Assembly (NCBI GenBank): GCA_013239625.1
Contig: MU054001.1
Span: 5,815,078 to 5,879,077 of the forward strand
Reading direction: 5' to 3'
DNA length: 64,000 bases
DNA from: Lama guanicoe
Lineage: Eukaryota
Part shown: positions 12,819-25,816 of the stretch, piece after piece
How the letters are laid out: each line of letters begins with the position of its first letter
Position numbering within the stretch: the first letter of the stretch is position 1
Position numbers and translations under genes: made by a program
The notes under the pieces: generated by a model
What the model was told of the DNA's origin: nothing
The model's database searches: none
What the model saw: only the letters and a program-made list of their open reading frames with translations

Positions 12819-13867
12819 TACATTGCTTGATGAGCACCTTCTTTCAATCCTGTCTAGTCTATCCTATGATGGAACGGCAGCCCACTTGGGAAAGCATCAC
12901 AAATGAAAATGTGAGGTCTTCTGTGACCAGGTCACTTTCCTGGCTCCTTCTTTGACCGGCTCCACATCTACTACATCATTTATCCACTTGGCACTTACTA
13001 AGCACCTGCTGTGTGCTGGGCACTCTTTTGATTCACGGCTACATCAGTGAGCAAGAGGCACAAGGCCCCTGGTTTCAAAGAGCTTACATTCTAGCGAGGT
13101 AGACAGAAAACAAATAAGCCCCCAAAGTGATAAGGAAATCTAATAGGAAAATATGTCAAAAAAGCTAGAGACAGGAGAACATTAGGGAGGGAGGTCTGGG
13201 AAGGTTACCCCGAGGAGGTGGTGTCTGAGCTGATACCTGAATGAGAACTGCCACGCTCTGCAAGGAGCTTGAAGAAGGTTCTCAGTAAGAGATTAGGACT
13301 TGGGCAAGGACCAAGGTAGGGAGAAGCTTCCCAGTTTCTGGAACAGAGGAGGAGACCAGACATTGGGATGGAAGGATTCAGCAGACAAGATAGCCAATGA
13401 GGGGCCCCAGAAGTTAGGAGAACTAGCCCCAGGAAACTTACCCCCACAGGGAACGTGTGGTCTGGAAGGGAGAGGGACGGGAGGAGTAAGGTGTGATCAC
13501 CTCTGCTTCTTGAGACGTGGCTTGCCCTTCAGGCCTCTGCCCCTTACCTTGGGCACCTGCCCTACCCTCTGGTGCTCCTTCTGGCCTTGGGCCCTAGACC
13601 CTACTGGGAAAGTGGTGAAAACAATGAGGAAATAAGTCAGTTTCTCCAGAAAGGTTACCTCACTCCAGTGGCCCTCCTCCTATACATAGGTTGTTTCATC
13701 ATATGCAAAGGGCCCTTGTCTAAACTAATCATGGCTTTGGCCACTCCGGGGATGAAAGGAACACAGGGCTGGAAGCGTCTGTTGCCTCTTTTGTTTATTC
13801 CTAGTCATGTCCTGGGCTGCATCCTAACCGCAATGATGGTCTTGCCACTGAAGATGTTGCCAGTGCA

Positions 13868-14478
13868 TGTAACCGGAGTTCCAGGTTTTCATCCTGTCCC
13901 AGAAAGAACTCAGAGACAAGACGTGGAGATTAAAAAAGTGAAGTGAGGATTTATTAAGTAATGGATAGTACATTCTGAAGGGGAGAGCAGGCAGGCTCAG
14001 GTGAGCAGCTGCCCTGAGTTTTTTGGCAAGTTGGTTACACAGAGTGTAAAAATAAGTGTGCAGAATATTCATTAGGGAGGGAAGGGTCTGGGGTCATATT
14101 TCCTGATTCTTATCCCAACTCCACCTTCCCAAAGGGAGGAGGGATTTTTGTCCTTATTTAGTATGGATCAGAAGTGTCATGGCATCGGTGCATGAAGGAT
14201 ATTTCTAATCTGCAAGGCTAATTTTATTGAAATGAGCGCATAATGAGCAAAAGGTTACACTGGAGATTCCTGCTTTTTCCCAACTTTCTTTGTTGGCCTC
14301 TGGGCCACTTATCAGCCCAGAGGTTCCTGCTTTTCTTTCTCTGCCCAGGAACCCCTGATACTTGCATGATGTGTGATTTCTTGCATTTGGCCTGTGCCCC
14401 TCCTTTCTGCCCAATTCCAGCCGTTCGGTCTGTGTCCCCCTTTCTCTGCTCGTATCTAGGTCTCTGCCTGCTCTAACA
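13868..14478 (-). mobile_element. Probable solo ERV LTR between LONP2 and ABCC11
   Basis: TGT...ACA termini, minus-strand AATAAA about 85 nt from the 3' end, about 610 bp; TSD not evident. Confidence 0.6.
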
Positions 14479-14987
14479 AATCAAGTGAATAAAGTTCAGC
14501 TCTGTCCTCTTCCTGGCAGGAAGCTAGAAGGCCAGGGAACTTTCCTAGGACTGCCAACGGAAGTCCTGGAGGGAATTCCCCTGGCCAGTCAAGGAAGCAG
14601 AGGTGAGTGTCCCAGAATTAGAAGGTGGCCCAAGTCAACGTGTGGCTGAGTTTCATTTATGTTGTGATGACCAATTTGTGTTCTGTGAACACATCCATTT
14701 GCATTGCCTTCATTTCCATTTGGTTTACTTTGTCCTATAAACCCTTTATTAGTTTCCTGGATAAATTTCATATTTCTACATGGAATCACACCTTTGAAAC
14801 CCTCATCATATCTCTTTGCAGATGTGTATAAATAAACCAGGTTGGCAAATATATATATATATATGTAAGGTGAGGGGAAAAAAATCTATTTTCTGTGTTT
14901 GTTTTCTAGGAATCCTGGTCTTCCTTATGAGCCCCTACTTGCTGGTTGATTAAGAGAACATTACTGTTTAGGCTTACCATTTTAAGA

Positions 14988-15701
14988 TACTGGTTCATGA
15001 GAACCAACTGTCAAATCTTCAGGGATTTTGGGAGCCCAGTTGTTCAACACAAGCTTTATTAAAATTAAATTATATAAACTTTCAGTCAGTTATGTTATAT
15101 CAAAGACAAAGGTAATACTTAGTATTTATCATTTCCTAGTTATTCACGACATTTCAGTTATTTATACTTCTGAAACTATTTACATCTACTGTATCTGTAA
15201 GGTGGAGGTACTTTCCAATGATTTCTTACTGCGCCTCTCTTCCCAACATGTTGGTAACTTGAAATCATCCAAGGTGGGGATATTTACACCACAAAAATCA
15301 GCAAAGGCTACAGATTAGGGCTTGTTTTATTATTTTACTGATAGTCTAGAATTAAGAAATAAATGCAGGAAATGTTAATGATGCAGATTAAATCTACAAG
15401 TAAGTGGTGCCAGTAGCTATTATATTGTGAAGAGCACAAAAAATGAGGAAATATTCTTTCAGTATTTGAAAATTATTCAGGAGAGTTATTCAGGTCATTG
15501 GCAAGTGAATGATAATCCAACCAACATATGTCTGATATTTCATTTTTCTCTAACTCATTAACGTGTAGCAAATGTCAAGTATCAATCATATTGGAACTAC
15601 ACCCATTTACCAACTGCAGCTGCAGGATTGGAACTAAGCTCATTCACCAACTGCAACCGCACAGGTTTGTTACAGATACAAATATTTACCAGCAACTACT
15701 G
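14988..15701. mobile_element. MER63-like hAT DNA transposon relic
   Basis: Collinear with the recalled MER63 consensus; ends atttaccagcaactactg. Confidence 0.65.
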
Positions 15702-15941
15702 ACACATGCAGCCCCTTGCCAGGGTGCATGACTTGCAAGCTAGAATTTACTGCCCTGCACCCTTACTTTCCCTCCACAATGTCACTTTTATGTGTCTATG
15801 TCCTAGGCTGGTTCATGACAGCCACAAAACTGGCCTCTTCCCAGAGTTTTAAATAAGGAATTTGTGATGCCCTCTCTTACCTAACACATTCCTTCTCTCT
15901 TTTTCCCCGAAAGGTCTACTTCTACCATCACATGACAAGTA

Positions 15942-16286
15942 CAGTTGTGTCTCAGTTCAGAGGAGGGAGATTGGTTGCAGGTACCCTGCGGATACAAAAT
16001 TCCAAGAATGCTCAAGTCCTGTATATAAAATGGTGTAGTATTTGCACATAATCTAAGCACATCCTCCCACATATTTTAAGTCATCTCTAAATTACTTATA
16101 ATACCTAATAAAATGTAAATACTATGTAAGTAGTTGTAACTACACTGTAAATGTTATGTAAATAGTTTCGGATGGGAATTCAAGTTTTGCTTCTTGTAAC
16201 CTTCTGGGATTTATTTTTCCCAAGAATTTTCTTACATTGGTTGGTTGAATCCTGGTTGCTGAACCCATGGTACAGGAGGCCAACTA
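15942..16286. mobile_element. MER2-like Tigger MITE
   Basis: TA-flanked CAGTTG...CAACTA inverted ends; internal caagtcc.gtatataaaatggtgtagtatttgc. Confidence 0.75.
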
Positions 16287-16520
16287 TATACCTTAGTGGC
16301 CTGGTGCCATGGCGGTGGAGTCGATCTGGAGTAGGCCCTGTAGGAGAATTCCAGAAACTGAGTCCACCAGATTTGGTTGTGACTTGTGAAAAGGAAGTGA
16401 GATGCGAGGAAACAACATAAAAGAATTTAGAAAATCTTCCCTCAAGACGACAGGCTAGTCTTCAAGTCTATTTACTTGGAGCACAATCCAATATTTATTT
16501 GAATGGCAAAAGCTGTATCT

Positions 16521-16640
16521 TGTCGACTGAAAAAAAAATGCACAACATAAAAGTTGAGAATTATTTAGCGGATTTTCTGAGGACTTCAAGCCCAGGAGAC
16601 AGCTTCTCAGATAGCTCTAAGGGACTGCTCAGAAGAGGTG
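16521..16640 (-). mobile_element. LTR terminal fragment related to the 43785 LTR
   Basis: Shares TGT(C/T)GAC start, CTGAGGACT..AGCCC and GCTTC.CAGAT..CTCT.AG..ACTGCTC blocks. Confidence 0.6.
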
Positions 16641-16816
16641 AGCCCATTCCTGGCAGAGAGAAGAGCAGGCGCTGGGACAGTGGCCCTTGGCACAGACCCG
16701 GCAGGGTGATATCCCCTGTCTCTTGGCCACTCAGGGCTGGATTTAAGCTGCTCTTACCTGTTGCCTTTTCAGCTTCTCTGATTCTGGGAAACAAAGCATT
16801 GGCAGCACAACTGAAA

Positions 16817-16915
16817 ATGACGAGGAGGAGGATATCCTGGGTCCCCGAGCCTTCTGGTGGCCTTGTGAATCTCGGCTTGGATGCAGATGATGTCATGGTT
16901 TCAGGACTTAGCTAT
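16817..16915 (+). CDS. ABCC11: ABCC11/MRP8 coding exon 1 (99 nt)
   Basis: MTRRRISWVPEPSGGLVNLGLDADDVMVSGLSY resembles the human ABCC11 N-terminus MTRKRTYWVPNSSGGLVN; donor TAT|GTAAGT. Confidence 0.92.
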
Positions 16916-17522
16916 GTAAGTAGTTGTCCTTTGCATCGAAACACCAGGATACTGAGTTGACAGGGTGTTCTCAATGGTTATAAGTTAGGTCAAAGAATTT
17001 TGTTCCATAGTTATTCAGCTTTTTTTTTTTAATGGAACTCAGGCATTTACAATCAGATGAATCATGATCCTTGGTCAGGACACATATTCATGGTTCATGT
17101 GCCTATCTGTCTGTCTGTCTGTCTGTCTATCACCTATTTATCTATGTATTTACTTATAATGATATAATAAGCATCTTTAAACCCACCACCAACTCATCAG
17201 CTTGGACTTTGACAGTCACGTCCAGCTATTGTTCTCCCCCCATCTCATTCCCCAGCTCTCGCTACCTGAAGAAACCTCTGTTCTGAATCCTTTCCCACTT
17301 GTCACTTGCTATGCTTTCAGGAGAGCATTATTTATTCTACATGAAGTCCTAGAAATGATGTATCTTTTTTATTTTAGTTGTTTCTCACTTTATCAAAAGG
17401 GTAACATGTAATGTTTTGAGATTTCCTTTTTTACTTATTGATTTCTTTTTAGTAGATTTAACCTCAGAGGGTGACTTAGTCTCACATCCTGGGGGTGACT
17501 GACTATATCACCCTTTATTCTT

Positions 17523-17650
17523 TTTTGGGAAGCAGATAATTATGTTTATTTATTTATTATTATTTGTTAAAATGGAGGTACTGGGGATTGAACCCGGGAC
17601 TTCATGCATGCTAAGCACACACTCTACCACCGAGCTATATCCTCTCTCCC
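17523..17650 (-). mobile_element. tRNA-derived SINE (Vic-1-like)
   Basis: Same consensus; TSD CCCTTTATTCTT (17511-17522/17654-17665). Confidence 0.85.
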
Positions 17651-17854
17651 TCGCCCTTTATTCTTGTCTGCAGTGTTTATGGACAGATGAGAGCCCAGGG
17701 AGGTGGAGTGACCTGCCCAGAGTCACCTAGTGGATAAGGAACCAAATCAGAGCTGGGACCTGTTTGTCTTGATTCTTGGCCTGGTGCTCATTCCCTGCCT
17801 GGCAGCCTTTTATTTATTTTATCTTATTTTATTTGTCTTATAATTAATTAATTA

Positions 17855-18290
17855 ATTATTTTGAGATGCAGTTGGTATATAACATCATATTAGTTTCAGG
17901 GGTGCAACGTAAGGACTTGATATTTTGTATGTATTGCAAAAGGATCACTACAATATCTGTTGCCACACATAGTTGCACATTTTTTTTCTTGTGGTGAGAA
18001 ATTTTAAGATCTACTCTCACAACTTTCCACTATGCATTTGCAATTATGCAATACAGCATTCCCCATTATTAACCATGGTCACTATATCCCATGACTTACT
18101 CATTTTATAACTGGACATTTGTACCTTTTGATCCCCTTCACCCATTTCGCCTACTCCTCCAGTCCCCCACCCCTGCCTCTGGCACCCACCAGTCTGTACT
18201 CTGTATCTGTGAGTTCAGGCTTTCTGTTTGGTTGGGTGTTTTTTATTCCACATAGGAGCGAGATCACACAGTATTTATCCTTCTCTGCCT
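17855..18290 (-). mobile_element. L1MA-like 3' fragment (a related copy lies at about 29585-29890)
   Basis: Both share tgagaa..tttaagatctactctc and adjacent sequence. Confidence 0.7.
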
Positions 18291-18422
18291 AACCCCTGTA
18301 GCCTTTCTCTAGGAGGCTGGATGGGGAAAGATCCGTCCTCCTTGGGTGGCTGGTCCATCACTCCCTCCGGACAGTATTTGTGAGGTCTGAAATTGATGCT
18401 CTTTTGGTTTTTCTTTCCCAAG

Positions 18423-18541
18423 AAAAGTTTCACTGTCAGAGATGGCTGCTGGAGCCAGCAGGTGAGGCAGCCCGAGGCACGGGGAAGGGAGAAGTACCAT
18501 GCTGCCTGGAGAACCATGATTCCCTTCCGTCTGAAGCCAAA
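18423..18541 (+). CDS. ABCC11: ABCC11 coding exon 2 (119 nt)
   Basis: ttcccaag| [39 protein letters not shown] |gtgagt; not in the ORF track, found by manual translation. Confidence 0.9.
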
Positions 18542-19969
18542 GTGAGTCCTGAGGGGTGATGAGGGTCATACTCACTAGGACAGTGGCTCCCAGACCCTTG
18601 TGCCCAGACCTCTCCCAAAGGTTATATAACCATATCCCCACACAGTCCTGTCACCCACCACAGACAGCACCTCCAGAGAAGCCTGAGGCACATCAGGGCT
18701 CATTCTTTCATTCATTCAGTCAGTCGTTCAGCAAGGATTCGTGGAGCATCTATAGGAGCTGGGCACTGTGTTAGACTGTGGGTGGGTAGCGGTGAGCGAG
18801 ATAAACAGGATCCTCACCCACCTTGGACCCCACATGGAGGAGAATGACAGTAAGCTCATAAATAAACATGTGATTATGAGCTGTGTGAGGAAGTTGCTGT
18901 GAAGAAAGGTGGGGGCGTGAGGGGCAATGAAACAGTGACAATATGACAGGTTCTGAGTGATACCGAGACCTGGAGAATGAACAAGATTTTCCTAGGCAAG
19001 AGTCAAGGAAGAATGAGCTGGGCAGAGGGGACAGCATGTGCCAAGGCCCAGCCTTGCAGTGAAAGGAACATAAGAGATGTGTCCGGGAGCTGAGAGGGAG
19101 GCCGTTGTCTCTGGATGGTCCTGTGTGAGCGTGGGCCAGGTACAAGATGAGGCTGTAGGTGGAGGCAGGTGCTCAAAGATCATACATGTCCCCACAGGCC
19201 ACATTAGGTATGTTGGTCTTCATCCCAAGAGAAATGGGGAACCACTGAAAGGGCCAAATGCCCTGTGATGTTACCATTAAACTTAAGAGCTAAAGACATT
19301 CCGTGTAGCCTTCTCTAGTAAACCATGGTTTAAAGTAACCATCCCCAAATGAGTTTCTAATTTATACATCCTTGGTTTCAGGGGCCATGCACACGTTCAT
19401 CTGTTCATCCCTTATTGACAGGATCTTATCACTTCTAGTCTGATTCCTCAGCATTTCAGCAGCAGGAGCCCGTTATATCTATCAAGCAAACTGCATTTGT
19501 TTTCCTAATTTTTAAAATCTGAGCTCCTGTCAATACTAGCTACATTGTAACCCACTGAATTGATCTGATCTCCACAAGGAACAAAGAATCTTGGTGCTTG
19601 AGTTCACCCAGGCAGCCTCATCTAGAGAGACACAGTGTTTCTGCTGGGCCTATCAGAGTATCAGCCCTGGGGCATCGCTTCTGGCCCTACCTGTGAGGTC
19701 ACAGATGGCCCCACACATCTGCTGCAGTGTCTCACCCTCCCTTCTGTCCCTCACTCTCCAACATCTCAGGCAAACGCGTGGCCAGCCTTGCCCAGAATAT
19801 CCAGCCACGGTTGCTGGTGGCTGTGAGAATATAAAAAAGGGCCAGAGTATGGAATAAAGAGGCCACAGCCAAAAACAAACCATCCCACCAGTTGGGCACT
19901 TCCGTTTACATACCTTTTCCCCTGAATCTATCTTTCTTTCTTTCATCCTTCCTTCCTTTCTTTGATTTA

Positions 19970-20150
19970 TATATATTTATACTGAAGGATAGTCAGTTAA
20001 CAATGTTGTGTCAATTTCTGGTATACAGCACAATGCTTCAGTCATACATGAACATACGTATATTCATTTTCATATTTTTCACCATAAGTTGCTACAAGAT
20101 ATTGAATATAGTTCCCTGTGCTATACAGCATGAACTTGTTGTTTATCTAT

Positions 20151-20199
<49 letters not shown>

Positions 20200-20255
20200 C
20201 AGTTAGTATCAGCAAATCTCTAACTCCCAGTTTATCCCCTCCCACCCTCCCCAAA
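19970..20255 (-). mobile_element. L1 3'UTR fragment containing a (TA)n tract
   Basis: Homologous to the reverse complement of the 1405-1850 tail. Confidence 0.8.
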
Positions 20256-20675
20256 TCTTTTTTTAAATTGACTTTTCTTCCTGTTGAAACATACGGCATT
20301 AAGGGCACTTTTGAAAAAAGAAGTGGAAATGACGCACAATCTCAACACCCTAATCCAATCACTCTTTTCTGTATTCTGTGTTTGTGAATCATTCCCAGAG
20401 ATATGACCTTATCATTCTTATGTATTTACTTTTTATTTCATTTTTATTGTTTTTGTGGAAGTTACAGAAGCAAAACATAGAAAAATTAAAACAATGAGAG
20501 TCTCTTTTCATGTTCCTTTGCCAATCCTAACCCCTACTTCAAAGTCAATCACTATTAATGATTTGATATAAATTGTTATATAATTTGATATATATTATAT
20601 ATTTTATATATATATAGTTTTTTCTGCTTTCTCTTATTTCTTCCTTTCTTATGTAAAAAACTACTGAATTTCTTT

Positions 20676-20794
20676 TTGGAGAGGGAGCATGTAATTAGGT
20701 TTACTTATTAATTTTTAATGGAGATACTGGGGATTGAACCCGGGAACTCATGCGTGCTAATCATGCTGTCTACCACTTGAGCTATGCCCTCCCC
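20676..20794 (-). mobile_element. tRNA-derived SINE (Vic-1-like)
   Basis: Same consensus; TSD GAATTTCTT. Confidence 0.83.
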
Positions 20795-21185
20795 TGGAAT
20801 TTCTTGATTTGCAAGTGGCTTTTTTTTTTAAATCTTATTTAATATTCTTAGAGCCCTTTCCATGTTCTCCATATGGATCAATTCTTTTTTTAGACACTTT
20901 TGCATTGTTTTCCACAAGTGTACAGGATACACTATACTTGTCTTCTTTCGTTTTAAATCATTCCCCTATTCATGGATGTTTTTGTTGTTTCTAGTTTTTA
21001 ACTATTGCAAATAATAGATTCATGAAAAAGAAAAAAAAAAGGCCTTTTTTGTACATCCAGATGACCACATTGTGGTTTTTACGTAGTTATAATCCATCCC
21101 TTCCAAATCTTGCCCTTGACTTAATTGTCTGCCTCTGGAGCCTGCATCGTAAATGTGGCCACCTTGCCTGTGACTTCCCTGCTAG

Positions 21186-21344
21186 GTTTCCTGCGCCGCA
21201 GCCCCTGGATGATGCTGGCCTGTTCTCCTACCTCACGGTGTCATGGCTCACCCCACTCATGATCCGAGGTGCACGGAATTGCTTGGATGAGAACACCATC
21301 CCCCAGATGTCAGTACATGACGCCTCAACTAAAAATGGCGAAAG
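21186..21344 (+). CDS. ABCC11: ABCC11 coding exon 3 (159 nt), lasso motif
   Basis: [25 protein letters not shown]...[13 protein letters not shown] flanks. Confidence 0.95.
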
Positions 21345-24300
21345 GTAAAGTTGCGTTGGGCAAGCCAGCAGGGTTGGTTAAAGACCACGTCTTGGTGGAT
21401 GGTGACCAGAGATGCTAAGAATATGGCGATGGGTTGTGGTGGTCCATCCTCAGACAACTGAAAAATGTAAGTTCTTTTGTAGCAGGAGGCCTCACTCTAC
21501 TCTGGAGGTTCTTAACCTGGGGTTCATGAATCTCCTCAAATGATTTATACATTTTCTAAGTATGGGCTAGAGATCTTTTTCTGGAGCGAGAATTAACACC
21601 TTTTATCAGATTTACCTGGGAGCCCAGGACCTTGAGAAAGTTAGAAATGACCGCTTGTCCCCTTTGCTTTTTTTTTTTTTTCCTGGATCAGGCACTGATC
21701 TGGGTCACTGATCATTACATTGTGGGTTGGTGGCCCGGCCTCTTAATCCTTAGCTAGTTGTGTGATTAAATTTCCTGTACCGCCCACCTCACAAGGTGAC
21801 AGGAAGATCAAATTGGGGGGGGGAAGTGAGTGACTTGAAATGTCCTGTACTCATGTTCCTCTCTCTAACTACTTCATGAGAGACACCAGGGTGTAGAATG
21901 GCATTTCCCAAATGTGTTCCGGGAAATGGCAGTCCCCTAAGAGCCTCCCTGAAAAGAGCATTCGGCGGTCAGGGAGTTTGCGAACAATTGCATGTTCTCA
22001 CCAGGTCTCAGAGATTTACAAAGAAAATCAGTGGGGTGAAGGCACTGAGAAAGTAGAGACTGGTTAAACTTTGACCCATTGCTTCTCAGACTTATTCGGA
22101 AAAAAAAAAAAAAGTTCCAGGGAGCACCTCTTGGATAATGCCAGATTTGGGGGTTGGAATTGCACCTCTTACCAGCTATGTTGTCAGCCCTGTGTTTTTA
22201 TATACAAAATAGTGAATTACAAAAAATTTATCTCACGATGCTTCACAGGATTGTTGTAAGAATCAAAAGACATAAGAGAGGCACATGGAAAAATGCCAGA
22301 TACTAATAGGCGATCAGTTAAATGTTAGCTGGCTTGTTCTTTCCCTAACACTATGAGTGCCAGGTCACCTGAGTTACTTCTGTTCACTTCCATTTTACTG
22401 TTGCTGCCTTTTTTATTCTACAATTCACAATGCCTGATCGCCAACACTTCTGCAATCACTCCATTGTTGGATGTTTATTTGAAAAAGTAATTATCTGGGC
22501 ATTCTCACCTTTAGAGGGGTTCCTTCCCATATGTTCACCATTGAACAGGTAGAGTTCTGGGATGTGTCTTCCCTAACCCTTCCAAAGAGCTACTTTGGTT
22601 CCTCGAAGGATGTACTGACAACCATCATCATCGGTTCCACTCTTGGCAGTAGCCTCACCGTAGCTCACCACCATCATCTTCATCCTCATCACCATCATAA
22701 TTCTTCACATCTGTCTTGTTCTACGGTAACAGAGCATCTCCCCATCCATGGCCTCCTTTGATCATCACAATAGGGTTATGAAATAAACAGGGCAGATATT
22801 ATCTTTCCCGTCTTGCCAATGAAGAAACAGGATTAAGAGAGGGAAATGACGTCCCCTGCATCATGTAGCTAACGAATGGGCGAGGTAAAATTTGAATCCA
22901 AATCTTTTGAATCTGAGTCTAATAATCCTGGCCAGAAATGTATAGAGTTGCCAGGAGAGCTGTGGGCAGGCTGTGGAAAACTTGGGTTTGTTTAGTCCAA
23001 GTCGAATTGACCCTAGAGCTGTAGTCTCTGTGGATTATGTTAAGTGTGGGGGTGGGGCTGCGATGAGGAGTGGTGGCCCCAGGGTTTGGCCTGAGTAATA
23101 CCATCCACAAGCAAAGACTGCCACACAGGCAGGTGTTGTGGGGACATTTTTTGCTTTGTTCTCTGAAGCTCAGACTTCTCAAGTTGTCTGGTCCACTTCG
23201 GTGAGCGTGGGATGGGGTCATTTTCATAACTCAGGAACAAGGAGAAGCCTGAGCTTTGACTGCAGGTGAAGGAAAGCAGCACAGTAATATCCTCCTGCCA
23301 TTGGGATGAGCATCCAGTGCTGGAGGAGCAAAGAGTAGAAAGGGCGAGAACCGCTTGCCGCGAGAGGCTGGGTGAGACTCCAGGCAGAGTTTGAGAACCA
23401 GACGCTGATAGGGCTGTTTGAGAACTCGTGCAAACAGTGCTGCTGTCGGGGCATGGGGGCACAGGGCGGCAGGACAAGGGACGCTATTCTGCCCGCTGTG
23501 TTCTTGCTCACTGAGGGGCAGAAGCCTCGGGGAGGACCTGGAGCCCCTTGGCGTAGTCCTTGATGTTTTCATCCTGGGCAGTGGTGACCGCTTTCCAGAC
23601 AGTGGAGCCGGACACAGGGAGGCAGGAGCCAGGAGGTCAAAAGGCAGATAGATACCAGCATGGTGCCTGCAGCTGACAGACTGGGTTGTGGATGCAAGGA
23701 AGGCATCCAAGATTAGAGCTCTGGAAGCCTTAAGTATCACAATGACTACTGTCCAGTCACCTCTCCCAGCCTCAAATACAATTCAAAATAAAAAAGAAGT
23801 ATAAAAGTCAAAAAAAATTTCATTTTTTTCATGGTAACTTCTTTGATGCTTTTAAAAAATATTGTATGTTATATTTTTTTACCCCCCAAGGAAATGTTTT
23901 TGGTGTACTTGTTTTGCTGGTGTTAACACAAATATCCCAGCTGGGAATGTCAAAATAAGGGTACAGTTTTGGTTGGATGAACCTACACTGGGGCACCCTT
24001 TTGGGGACTTTGAAATAAATCAGGACACTTTTTGGAGGTCAGAGTTCTGGGTTATATAAATCTTAATTTGTGTACAAAAAGGAAGAGGGACATTATTCAA
24101 AGTCTCAGGCTGTTTCCTCAACTAACTGTATTTCAGGGTAACAAAATAGTTGATGAGGGAAAGTTGTCTTTTTTTTTTTACAGAAAAATTCAGACTATTA
24201 AATACAGAAAGAATGATAGAATTAGAAAAACCACCATTCTGCCAGCCCTATTGGCATGGGTCTCGGCAGTGGTTATCAGTGATGGGGAACTTAGCAACAA

Positions 24301-25225
24301 ATGAGTCAGGTTAACACACCTTAACCCGCGGATCCACCTTAACATTACTCAAAATGGGACACCACACATTGTGCATTGTCTGATGTGATGCAAAAGGATG
24401 TACACTACTACATCACCTATGAAGTATTTTTGCCAGTTGACTTAAATTCTGAAATTTATTAAGCCTCTGGATCTAACTAGCCTTTTGATAGGAAATACAG
24501 GGCATAGGAAATTATGTTAGACAGCACCAGGGGTGCAATCAGTCAAATCCAGACTGTGGGAAATCCTGCAGGATGAATGACTCAGTTTCTTCAACAAGTA
24601 AATGGCAGGAAAATGCAGAGGAAGGGAAACTGTTACAGACTAAAATGAGATGCAAGAGGCCTGTTGGATTTGTCTTTTAATTGCCATGGGTAGACCTTGC
24701 TTGGATCTTGATTTAGGCAAACTGACTGTAATAATGTATTTCTGAAATAATCAGAGAAGTTTGGATTAAATGCCATTGAGGAATTAGTGTTATGATGTTA
24801 TTAATGTACAACTATTAGTGAATAGTTATCAGTAACACTTATTAATTAATAATGATTAATAATAAAGTTATTAATAATATTAATATTAACAGTTAATAAT
24901 TAATAATTATTATGGTTACCATGGATTTTTTAAGGCTTTATCTGGAAGAGATAGACACTAATGCATTTATAGATGAAATGGTATCTCTGGGATTTTTTTT
25001 TTGAAATACTCCAGCAAAAAAAAAAGTGGAGGGGAGAGGAGATGAAACAAAAATGTCAAATGTTGATAATTCTTGAAGCTGGGGATGAACATCTGGGGAG
25101 ACTCCCTGTATTCTTCTCTCAACTTTGGCTATGTTTGAAAATTTCTGTAACAAAGCTCCCAGACGAGGACATTTGGGTGATATGTACAAAGAGATTTCAC
25201 TTGGCTCAATTTTCCTCTTTTCAAG

Positions 25226-25373
25226 GCTTCGTCTCCTTTGGGAAGAAGAAGTCTCAAGGCGTGGGATTGACAAAGCTTCAATGTTTCGGGTGATGCTGAG
25301 ATTCCAAAGAACAAGGGTTATTTTCAATATACTTGTGGGCTGCTGCTTCTCGGCTGCAAGTGTGTTTGGGCCG
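25226..25373 (+). CDS. ABCC11: ABCC11 coding exon 4 (148 nt), TM1
   Basis: [30 protein letters not shown]...SVFGP; donor CCG|GTAAGC. Confidence 0.95.
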
Positions 25374-25655
25374 GTAAGCGGCAGGTTCGGTGAGGCTGAG
25401 GGGACTTGGAGGTGAGCATGTTCAAGTCCATGCCAGGAAATGGGGATGTCTTTGTCTCCCAGCTGCTGCTCAGAAAATGAAGACCCTTTGGGGCAGTTAA
25501 GCTGGTATTAGTTAGAAGTGTGAGCTCTGTAGTCACCACTTGGGTTTGAAACTTGGCTCTGCTATTTAATTTCTGGGTGACTTTGGGCAATTTGTTTATC
25601 TCCTTTGTGCCTTCGTTTCCTCATAGAACCCCATGACACTCTCGGTAGTAGCTCT

Positions 25656-25816
25656 GTTTTTGTTTTTTGTCTTTTTTTGGGGGGAGTGAGGTATTTAGAT
25701 TTATTTGTGCATTTTAAAATTATTATTATTATTTTAGTGGAGCCATTGGTGATTGAACTCAGGACCTTGTGCATGCTAAACACGCACTCTACCACCAAGC
25801 TATACCCTCCCCCTCT
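25656..25816 (-). mobile_element. tRNA-derived SINE (Vic-1-like)
   Basis: Same consensus, more diverged. Confidence 0.8.
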
